The notes under the pieces were generated by a model. It was given only the letters and a program-made list of their open reading frames with translations. It did no database searches and had not been told where the DNA came from. A stretch of DNA of 62,899 bases, counting the filler, from Stramenopiles sp. TOSAG23-6 (lineage: Eukaryota), in NCBI GenBank assembly GCA_900128565.1. It is 10 parts of 10 records of this genome, joined end to end, with 100 filler letters (N's around TTAATTAATTAA, not from the genome) between each part and the next. Parts side by side here need not be neighbours in the genome. Positions count along the whole stretch, not along the records: positions 42,480 to 50,852 come from LT636458.1; positions 50,953 to 59,319 come from LT636459.1; 8 more parts are not named here. One strand, written 5' to 3'. Every line of letters begins with the position of its first letter. Position 1 is the first letter of the stretch. Below, piece after piece: positions 43,840 through 53,169 of this stretch. The position numbers and the translations under genes are program-made.

Positions 43840-46353
43840 ATGCGTGCAATTATTCTCTACATTGTGATTATTCTGACCCTAGTTGATAGTTCACAATGTG
43901 CAAGGACATCTTGCAAAATACGTGCTCTCTCAAATTGGTTCAAGGAGTATCGAACAGAGAGACAAAAAATGAAAAGGTTGAAATTGAAAAAAACAGCGTT
44001 GAAAGATGCAGAGGAAAAAAGTGGACATAATTTTTTCAACGAATGGCCTTCGTTCCAGTATGATAAAGATATTTGCCTAGCTCTTGTGGCTACTGATGGA
44101 ATGTCAATTCAATATATCATGGATTCCCGCTTAAGAAATGACTTTGATGTTGTTTTGACTGCAGTGCATAACAACGGGTATGTTTTGGATTTGCTCGAGT
44201 TTTATTACAAAATGAACAGAACTGTGGTTTCAACTGCGGTTAAACAAAATGGCCGTGCACTTTCTTATGCACATCCCACATTTAAACGTGATAAACGTAT
44301 CGTTCTCTTGGCACTACAATCTGATCCAGTTGCAATCACAGCTGTGAGTCCTAGACTTTTTGCAGACCNTGCACGTTTTATTTTTTTTCAATTTTGAATT
44401 TATTTTTCTTACGAAATTTCGTACCTAACGATTTTTTTTACTAAAAAAATATTTTTCCAAAATACATGAAATCATCATTGCTTTTCTACAATCTGCGAAA
44501 AAAATATTGCCAATCCATCAAATTTCTTTTCTATTAAAGTATCATCTACAATGTTTTGTATCTATCGAATTGAGAAATAATAAAGAATTTGTTTTACAAA
44601 TGGTCACTATACACCCATTTGCAATCCAATTGGCTTCAGAAACATTACAAACAGATTATGAAATTTCTATTTTTTTTTCAATTTTTTTTATTTTTTTTTC
44701 ATAGTAAATTTTGTACCTAACAATTTTTCAAAATTTTTTTTTGAAATATTTTTTCAAAATACATGAAATTTGTTTACTTGCCGTATCAAATGATTTGTAT
44801 CCCGGTAATCCTCGTAGCATAATAAATCAACTTCCTGATGACTTGAAAAATAATAAAAATATTATAATTGCTGCTCTACGTAATGATGGAAATTATATAG
44901 AATTTATAGATAATACATTCAAAAATAATGTAGACATTTTGACTACAGCTGTTCAACAAAATGGATGTAGTATTGAGTATATGTCTGAATATTGGCGAAA
45001 TAATTTACATTTAGGAATTATTGCAGTGAATCAAAGTATGTTTTCAAAACTTTTAAAAAACTTTCAAAAAAAAAAAATTTTAATTTTTTTTCATACGAAA
45101 TTTCGTACCTAACAAAATTTTAAAAAAATATATTTTTTTTCACAATACATATGGAATTGCTTTAGAATTTTTGTCTTTACGATTACGAAAGAATCGAAAT
45201 GTTGTCTTACAAGCATTGAAATCGAATGGTATGGCCATACAATATGCAGATATACAATATAGATATGATGCTAAAATGGTGTTGGAAGCCGTACGATCAA
45301 ATGGTAAGGCAATACAATTTTTATGTGTGAATAATTTTCTAAACCCTAACCCTAACGAAAATTTTGTACCTCGTTTTCTCTATAAGTTAAAAATTGTTGC
45401 TGTTTCCAATGATGCTCAGGCATTTGATTATATTGCATTACACTATAGGCGGAATAAACATTTTGTGTTGACTACTCTTTATAATAATATCAAAGTGTTT
45501 GATTACATTAGTAATGATTGTATGTTAATGATGAAAATGATCAAAAAAACATTTCAAACTTTTTTTTTTTTCAAATTTTTTTTTTTTTTCAAATTTTTTT
45601 TCAAACTTTTTTTTGTTTATTCACTAACAATTTTTTTTTTTTTTTTTTCAAATATTTCTTCACAATACTGTACTCCAAGATATCTCATTTATGAAAAAGG
45701 TCATTCAAATGTATCCACAATTATTAAATAAATGTTCTCCCAATCCATTACAACTACAAAATGGTATTGTATACAAAACATTGAAACTAAATGGTCTAGT
45801 CATGAAATCTCTTGGTCATAAATACAAATATGATAGTATTGCTATAGAAATTGCATTAAAAAATAACGGAAATGCATTACAATTTTTACCCTATGAGTTA
45901 CGAAATTCTCCAAATATTGTCGTTTTAGCTGTTACACAAAATGGATTGGCCTTGAAGTATGGATCATTTGAAGTTAAATCAAATAAGCAAATTTGTTATA
46001 TAGCAACAAAGAATACACCAGATGCTTTTCATCATATTTCTAATACGTTTTAGTTTTTTCAAATTTTTTTTCAAATTTTTTTTTATACGAAATTTCGTAC
46101 CTAACAAACAAAAGTTTAAAAAAAAAAAATATTTGTTCACAATATATTTTTGTATCAAAGACGAATAATAAAAAAATATACTCAATTAAAAAAAAATCAA
46201 CATTTTGCATTATTACAACTGATACAAAAAAAACACTTGAATTATTTAGGTAAAAATATATTTCGATTTAATAATGAAATATATACTAAAAACCCATTTC
46301 GCGATAAAATGCTGAGTGATGAAGCACGGAAATTTATTCTGGGCATAAGTTAG
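43840..46353 (+). CDS. DUF4116-repeat protein with signal-like N-terminus; exons 43840-44370, 44468-44659, 44765-45035, 45151-45519, 45671-46042, 46148-46353
   Basis: Repeated AVxxNGxAL...L+xD; six ORFs join in frame across five non-AG introns. Confidence 0.8.
44371..44467 (+). other. Introner-like intron GC..AT (97 nt)
   Basis: cNt|gcacgtttt...caaaatacat|gaa atc. Confidence 0.75.
44660..44764 (+). other. Introner-like intron GA..AT (105 nt), boundary ambiguous
   Basis: ATGAAATTT direct repeat at both ends; no GT or GC donor. Confidence 0.6.
45036..45150 (+). other. Introner-like intron GT..AT (115 nt)
   Basis: caa a|gtatgt...cacaatacat|at gga rebuilds the repeat-consensus QNG. Confidence 0.9.
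45520..45670 (+). other. Intron GT..TG (151 nt)
   Basis: gat t|gtatgt...cactaac...cacaatactg|ta ctc caa gat. Confidence 0.7.
46043..46147 (+). other. Introner-like intron AT..AT (105 nt)
   Basis: tct a|atacgttt...cacaatatat|tt ttg. Confidence 0.6.
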
Positions 46354-46648
46354 GGTTAGGGGTTGAACAATTTAACATGTATGGTTTCATCATGAATTTT
46401 TAATGAGCAATAAAAAGTTCACTTTTTAATGCAAAAGATCACAAAATAGAAATTAGAATAGAATAAATAAATTAATAAAAAGTTCAGTTTTTAATTCAAA
46501 ATATCACAAAATAGAAATTAGAATAGAAGAAATAAATTATGTAATAGTTTCATACTACATTATTGTACGTATCTTTTTCTCAACTGTTGCACATACATTA
46601 TATTTGATTTTTATTAAATATATATATTCTTTCACATTAATCAAAGTT

Positions 46649-48430
46649 TTATGCTTTTGCTTTTTTACCTTTTCCGCCAGCAGTGTCTTCTTCCTCAGGT
46701 TTTCGTATTCGCAAAGTTGGGACCTCAACACGAGCACAGGCATCATCATCACGAGTAAGTGCTGTATTAAAATATAATAAATCATCTGCACTAATAACCG
46801 CACGAGTAGTCGGTAATGTCAAATTGCCTGTTTGAAACCAAGAGGATAAAGAATTTTCTTGTAATCCCCCTTCATAACAAGTTCCTTTAACACAAAATCC
46901 TTTTGAGATTTGTTCTTGACTAATCGGATCGACAATCTGATTACATGCACTGCATTGGAATATTTTGTCAGAATGCATCACACATGGATTATTCGGTGTA
47001 TCATTGGTTGCATTACTATCCTGAGGTTCAATATATATTACTCTGGGTGTATTGTTCTGATCACGTTTACGTGGAGGTTTTGGAATGTACATACCGGCGG
47101 GTAATGTGGGTGTAACAGCCGATAAAGCTTCAATTATTCTCCAACTACGTGGTTGTATCCAAGCAATATGAAATGGGGTATATCCGTCTGCATCAGCAAG
47201 ATTGACATCAGTACCAGCAGCGACAAGTTTTTCAACTACATGATAATGACCCTCACCTGATGCAGCATGTAATACCGTGTCTCCGTATTTATCAGTATGA
47301 TTGACATCAGCACCAGCAGCNGTAAGTTTTGCAACTACTTCACCATGGCCCTTTGCTGAAGCAATGTACAGTGGGGTAGCACCGTTGTTATCGGCTTCAT
47401 CCACAATAGCACCATTCTCCAGAAGTATTTGAACAACTCCTTCATGACCATTCTGTGAAGCCATAAACAATGGTGTTTGTCCGAAATGATCAGCCTGATT
47501 GACATCAACACCAGCAGCGATAAGTTGTGCAACTACTCTAACATGACCATTNTGTGAAGCAATCCACAATGGGGTTTCTCTATCGTCCGTCTTCGCGTTG
47601 ACATCAGCACCAGCAACAATAAGTTGTGCAGCTACTTTATCATGACCTTTCTGTGAAGCAATGTACAGTGGGGAAATACCGTCTTCATCAGCCTGATTGA
47701 CATCAGCACCACCAGCACCAATGAGTAAACCAAATACTTCTGTATGACCATTTGCTGAAGCTTTATACAATGGGGTATACCCGTCTTCATCAGCCTTATT
47801 GGCATCAGCACCTGCTGTGATAAGTTTTTCTACTACTTTATAATGACCATTTGCTGAAGCATTATACAATGGGGTATACCCGTCTTCATCAGCCTTATTG
47901 ACATCAGCACCAGCAGCGATAAGTTTTTCAACTACTCCAACGTGACCAAACGTTGAAGCAATATACAATGGGGTATCTCCCTCTTCATCCGTCTGAATGG
48001 CATCTGCGCCCTTTTCAAGAAGTAATTCAACTACTTTATCATGACCAAACAGTGAAGCTGTAGACAATGGGGTGGCACCTGCTTTAGTAGCCAGATCAAC
48101 ACCAGCACCAGCCTCGAGAAGTCGTTCAACTACTCCAACATGACCTCTCAGAGAAGAAACATACAATGATGTTTGACCAAGCCTACCACTTGCGTCAACA
48201 TCTGCACCAAGTTCCAACAAAGCGTTCACAGTTGCTGTATTGCCATACGTTGAAGCAACTATCAACGGTGTAAATCCGTCTTGGTTTCTTTGATCAACAT
48301 TGAGCAGTTCACGAACATATTCAGTGTTACCTTGTGTTGCCGCGACCGTCATCATTGGGCTCATCCCAAGAACAAGGTGCTGTTGAAGAAGTCCCATACA
48401 TAAGCATATTGTAAGAATTGTTGTATACAT
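46649..48430 (-). CDS. Ankyrin-repeat protein with hydrophobic N-terminus and U-box/RING-like C-terminus
   Basis: About 12 GxTPLxxAS repeats; DPISQEQI...WFQTGNLTLPTTR. Confidence 0.85.
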   Translation of the reverse strand: MYTTILTICLCMGLLQQHLVLGMSPMMTVAATQGNTEYVRELLNVDQRNQDGFTPLIVASTYGNTATVNALLELGADVDASGRLGQTSLYVSSLRGHVGVVERLLEAGAGVDLATKAGATPLSTASLFGHDKVVELLLEKGADAIQTDEEGDTPLYIASTFGHVGVVEKLIAAGADVNKADEDGYTPLYNASANGHYKVVEKLITAGADANKADEDGYTPLYKASANGHTEVFGLLIGAGGADVNQADEDGISPLYIASQKGHDKVAAQLIVAGADVNAKTDDRETPLWIASXNGHVRVVAQLIAAGVDVNQADHFGQTPLFMASQNGHEGVVQILLENGAIVDEADNNGATPLYIASAKGHGEVVAKLXAAGADVNHTDKYGDTVLHAASGEGHYHVVEKLVAAGTDVNLADADGYTPFHIAWIQPRSWRIIEALSAVTPTLPAGMYIPKPPRKRDQNNTPRVIYIEPQDSNATNDTPNNPCVMHSDKIFQCSACNQIVDPISQEQISKGFCVKGTCYEGGLQENSLSSWFQTGNLTLPTTRAVISADDLLYFNTALTRDDDACARVEVPTLRIRKPEEEDTAGGKGKKAKA

Positions 48431-48748
48431 CTTTTGTTTTTAACGAGAAAACATCAAGGGTAAATATTTTAAAAATTAAAAAATCCCCAACGGTTTGCTG
48501 AATATAAAAAATGGTTACCGGGTAACAAAATTTAAACCAGTACAAAAAAAACTGAGTTCCTTTTGCTATTTTTGGTACGAATTTTCATACTTAAATATCT
48601 GTATCGGCATTCGTGATGTACACCAGTCGTTGTCATGCATTCGGTGTTGTCTGCCGCACCAATACCTGCTACTGTACAAACAGAAAAAATCAAACATATT
48701 GATTACATTAGGTACACTTGTGCTACATTATATTTTTAGTTTTTCACA

Positions 48749-49684
48749 ATGGCTCTATTTGCACCTGACTATTTCCAAGTTAAAGCATCAGGGATCTCAC
48801 CTTTTGAGACAATGACTGCATATTTAGGTGGTTCGGCCTTCCAAACTATCTGTGACAATCCAGTGACCGCGTACCGTCAGTTGGTTCAACAATACGCAAA
48901 GAATGAAAAGGGTATCACCGTCGACCCAAAAATTGCTTCAGCTGAAGCACAAGCTGTCTTCCGCGCTTCACCTATTTCAGCATCTCTTTCTGGTTTAGGA
49001 CCACGTTTAGTAGGTGTCGGATTCAAACGCATTCCCAAGTTCGGCTTTCTTCTTGGAATTGCGTATATTACCGATAGTGAAGGAAACGTTGGAATGCTTG
49101 CCGCCACTGGTGCATCAATTTGTTCCGCCCCATTTATCAATCCTATTCGAATGATCGAAAAACAGCAACGTGCATATTTCAAAACTACTGGTGTGGAAAA
49201 ACCAATTTCTGAAATTCTGAAAGAAAGCGCTGCCAAGAATTTCCGTCCTCTTTTTCGAGGTACCGTTCCACTCATGGGACACTCTCTAGCTAGTGCAACT
49301 CTGGGTTTAGTCGGTCAACCAAAGCTTCAAAAATGGGTGAAAAAAGAAGTAGGTACAAGCACTCAAATTGGAAGCACCGGTGCTGGTTTGATTGCTTCGG
49401 CAGTCGTAAGTCCGATATACGTAGCTGTAACAAATCCTCTTTCTCGACTAGAGGTTATAATGCAAACCACTGCGATTGATGGTAAGAAAATTACTCTTCC
49501 ACAAGCGCTTAAAGAGTTTGCCAATGACAGTAAAAAATTTGGACTCCGAGGATTATTTCGTGGTCAAGGTATTGGTATTGCCAAAGCCATTGTGTCATTG
49601 ACGTTATTCCATGAAGGTCGAATATTTTTGACAGAACATTTTAAAGAGAGAAATTTTAGACTTGGAAATGTTCCTCCGCTATAA
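48749..49684 (+). CDS. Divergent mitochondrial carrier (SLC25-like)
   Basis: Tripartite 311 aa; NPVTAYR, NPIRMIE, NPLSRLE; LFRG loops. Confidence 0.75.
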   Translation: MALFAPDYFQVKASGISPFETMTAYLGGSAFQTICDNPVTAYRQLVQQYAKNEKGITVDPKIASAEAQAVFRASPISASLSGLGPRLVGVGFKRIPKFGFLLGIAYITDSEGNVGMLAATGASICSAPFINPIRMIEKQQRAYFKTTGVEKPISEILKESAAKNFRPLFRGTVPLMGHSLASATLGLVGQPKLQKWVKKEVGTSTQIGSTGAGLIASAVVSPIYVAVTNPLSRLEVIMQTTAIDGKKITLPQALKEFANDSKKFGLRGLFRGQGIGIAKAIVSLTLFHEGRIFLTEHFKERNFRLGNVPPL

Positions 49685-50082
49685 ACTATACGTAGTGCGG
49701 TTGCTGACTATTTAACTGTGTGTGTGTTTTTAAGATTGTTTTTAGGATTGTACAATGTATAAAACTAGAAAACAAATTTAAAATATGTAAATAGTTTTGC
49801 ATCTTATTATTTTGGTGACTAAGTGTTTTGTGTATGGAAATGTCTTACATAAGAAATATTAATTTTTAAGTTGATTTTTATTGCAGATTCGATATATATA
49901 TATGTATGTATATTATATCAAGTGTGTAAATGGTAGAATTATAAAAAAAAATCAAAATTCCTCTTGAATTGACTTTTATATTTTTTAATGCCTTTTTTTT
50001 ATTTTACTTCTCACATAATACATACATATATAATTACTATCAAAAATACCATTCATATATCTACTCAATCATCAAACTCATG

Positions 50083-50758
50083 TTAATTATTCTCTTCCTC
50101 TTCATCAATACCACCAAAATGTGTTTCAATTAATCGAGTCTCATAATCAGGTGAATGTATTTTGGAAACATATTTCAAAAAAAAATTAAAATTTGTTAGG
50201 TACAAAATTTTTTTACCAAAAAAAAAATAAATTAGAAATTGAGAAAAAATTAAAATGTACATGATAATTAACGACTTCTTCTGGAAATACGTTTTTCACC
50301 TGTTCGATAATATCACTTAATTTACCTTCCACCTCTTTGTTAAGGTTTTGAACATGTATTTTGGAAAAATATTTCAAAAAAAAATTTAAAAAATTTGTTA
50401 GGTACAAAATTTCGTACGAAAAAAAATTCGAATTTGAAAAAAAATGAAACATACATAACGTAAAGCTCCACTTTCTATGAAAATTCTCTTTGCTGCTGGA
50501 TCTTTCGGTAACGTATCTGCAAATTGTTTGAGAACATCTACAATTGTAAAAAAATATTTCGAAAATTTAAATTATTTTGTTAGGTACAAAATTATCTACG
50601 ATTTTTTTTTTTTTTTTTTTTTTTTGAAAAACGTACATTTTTGTATTTTTCGTGGGGCATCACCAAGTAATGGTTGTAAAGCTTCTAAATCGGCACATTG
50701 AGCTAAAATAAACTTTAAAGCTTTACGACTTTTCTTCTTCAAGTCATCGCTTGAGTCA
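50083..50758 (-). CDS. SPAG6: SPAG6/PF16-like axonemal armadillo protein, C-terminal exons (~50758-50637, 50537-50455, 50353-50261, 50154-50083)
   Basis: DSSDDLKKKSRKALK..LEALQPLLGDAP..KYVLKQFADTLPKD..SGALRYVQ..FPEEVVNYHSPDY matches the SPAG6 C-terminus. Confidence 0.85.
50155..50260 (-). other. Introner-like intron GT..AT (106 nt)
   Basis: cat|gtacat...caaaatacat|tca cct gat tat. Confidence 0.85.
50354..50454 (-). other. Introner-like intron GT..AT (101 nt)
   Basis: tat|gtatgt...caaaatacat|gtt caa. Confidence 0.85.
50538..50636 (-). other. Family member with canonical GT..AG ends (99 nt)
   Basis: aaa t|gtacgt...gtacctaac...acaattgtag|at gtt gives KYVLKQF. Confidence 0.8.
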
Positions 50759-50961
50759 GTTAATGTGAAACATTATTTTTTTTTATTGGATAATTCATTA
50801 GGTACACATTTTTGTACAAAAAAAAAAAAAAAAAAAAATTTGGGAAAAAAAANNNNNNNNNNNNNNNNNNNNNNNNNNNNNNNNNNNNNNNNNNNNTTAA
50901 TTAATTAANNNNNNNNNNNNNNNNNNNNNNNNNNNNNNNNNNNNNNNNNNNNAAAACATAT

Positions 50962-51636
50962 AGACACTTGCTCCGTTCCATGAGTGATTTGCATTGCTGG
51001 ATGTTTCATCTTTTTCAGAGGTACCAAGGAATTATACTCCGGCCATTCCCGACGTAAAAATTGTGTAAAGGAAAAATGACTTGTTTTATCGTAATATTGT
51101 TTTGTATTTGTTGCATTTACGCTGTTTACAGAATGTACAGAATCAGAATCAAAGTGTCCAGAGTTTCCAATGGTTATTTCTTTCACATAATTTTGAATAT
51201 CTCCTGAACGACGCTCATATACGCCACCATTATTTGAAATCACATTACTTTTACCAACAATTAATGGTGTTTCACCAATAGAACGGAGAAAAGACGTTTT
51301 ATCTTTCCAAGCTTCAAACACAGGCCATGTAAGTACACTCTGACTAGCTTTGAGTATCACAGGAAGTTTTTTATAGTACTTTTTCATAAACAACTTTCTT
51401 CCTTTTTTGTTTGATGAAATTTTAGGTATATTACATGTTTTAAGATCATAATCATCGATTAACTTATCCATCTCACGACTGGGTAAATGCCACTCTGTCG
51501 ATCGACAAAGAAGAGGGTTCGTTGAAACCGTTAGTTCTCCTCTTTTACACTCATCCAAAGCAATTGAAAAATGTATAATCAGTAAACATAGTGTGTGTAA
51601 TAGACGATTGGTTGAATTTTGTATTTTAAAATGCAT
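50962..51636 (-). CDS. Possible JmjC/cupin-like (JMJD8-type) protein with signal-like N-terminus, 3'-partial
   Basis: CNIPKI...FMKKY..KLPVIL...W.KTSFL. Confidence 0.5.
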
Positions 51637-52044
51637 GGTGAACGCAAAGAGATGTTATTCAGTAAACAATGATACGACTAGTATTACTATATGTATACTT
51701 GCCAACTGTTATACTACTAGTACGTACTAGTATAGTACGAGTCGATCCAGTTACAAGTTACTGACTGATTTCTTTTTTTTCTTTTTGCAATTCAATTGCA
51801 AAAACCTCCAAAAGTGCCGGCTTGGTACCGGGTATCATTAATTGAGAAATTTGCGCGAGTCAGCACGGAATAAGGGTATGTCCTTTGGCCTTTTGTCGTC
51901 TTTTGTGGCTTATATTGCAAGGTAATCTTATTCTAAGGAGGCCACACTTAGCACTGCGTAATACTACAGGTACAGTTCACTTTGATTGCTGTGTGCTCTT
52001 CCTTGGATTTATTTACTAATTATCGTTACAATTACACATTGATT

Positions 52045-52995
52045 ATGCGAGTTCTTTTATTTTTTGTAGTGGTCGCAACCACATATGGAAAGGTTCATGC
52101 CATGTTCCGTGCAATATCATCTCTGAGAAGGATAAAAACCCCAATAATCCAAGCTCGTACACTTGCCAACAGTGCTCATGACCTTTGGTGGGGACCAACT
52201 GAAAATAAGTCACCAACGGAAGAAGAAGTGACAAGTAAGCGTGAACTGGATTCAGTGCAGAAAGAGGAGTCTGATGTTTACATCGCCTTACCTGGTATAA
52301 AAAAAGAACAGTTTGTTCATTATAAGATTAAAATGAAAGGAATTGTATCATCAGAGTCGCCAAAGGTAGCTGATGCTAAAGTGATGCTGCTCAGGGAAGG
52401 CAAGCTATTCATTTCTCATTCGGGTAAAATGGTGGCTGAACCAACTGTTCCTCAAGGTGTTACTTTGGCTCCAGAGATATCTGATGTTGGAGAAGAACAA
52501 AAACACAGTGGGGACCTTTGGTGGGGACCTGTAGCTGAAGTTCGGACACAAAAGTCGCCACCTGAAATAGAAGAAGTGATACGTAATAGTATATATGCAC
52601 TGGATTCAGTGTCTGATGTATACATCGCCATGCCTGACACAAAAAAAAAACAGTTTGCTCGTTATAAGGTTGAAAGGAAAGGCATTGTGGCTTCAGACAC
52701 GCCAAAGGTAGCTGATGCTACAGTGGTGTTTCTCAGAGATCTCAGTGATAGCAAGTCATTCAATTCTTATTTAGCTGAAATGATGCAACCAACTGTTCCT
52801 CGAGGTGTTACATTGGCTCCAGAGATATCTGATGCTGGAATAGAACAAAACGCTTCAGCTACTGCGAGAAAAATCTCGATAGAGCAAGAAGAACGAGCTT
52901 CAGCTGCTGACAGAAGAAGAGAAGAAACTCTTAAAGAATTAGCTGCCACTGAAATTAGAGTAAAACGTCTAGAAGAGTGGAGAAAAAATGAGTAA
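52045..52995 (+). CDS. Hypothetical protein with two ~110-aa internal repeats
   Basis: DLWWGP...SDVYIA.P..KK.QF..YK...KGIV...PKVADA...PTVP.GVTLAPEISD twice. Confidence 0.7.
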   Translation: MRVLLFFVVVATTYGKVHAMFRAISSLRRIKTPIIQARTLANSAHDLWWGPTENKSPTEEEVTSKRELDSVQKEESDVYIALPGIKKEQFVHYKIKMKGIVSSESPKVADAKVMLLREGKLFISHSGKMVAEPTVPQGVTLAPEISDVGEEQKHSGDLWWGPVAEVRTQKSPPEIEEVIRNSIYALDSVSDVYIAMPDTKKKQFARYKVERKGIVASDTPKVADATVVFLRDLSDSKSFNSYLAEMMQPTVPRGVTLAPEISDAGIEQNASATARKISIEQEERASAADRRREETLKELAATEIRVKRLEEWRKNE

Positions 52996-53169
52996 GAATG
53001 AGATTTTGATAATTGAAGTAATCATTGTGTTAATTGTTAATATATTCTACTAAGTTGTACATATGACACACCAAACGTTGAGATTCATGTATTCGAAAAT
53101 AAAATCAAATTTGATATTGACAATAATAGGAATGCGAGTAAAATCGTAGGGTTAATTTCTTTATTTAAA

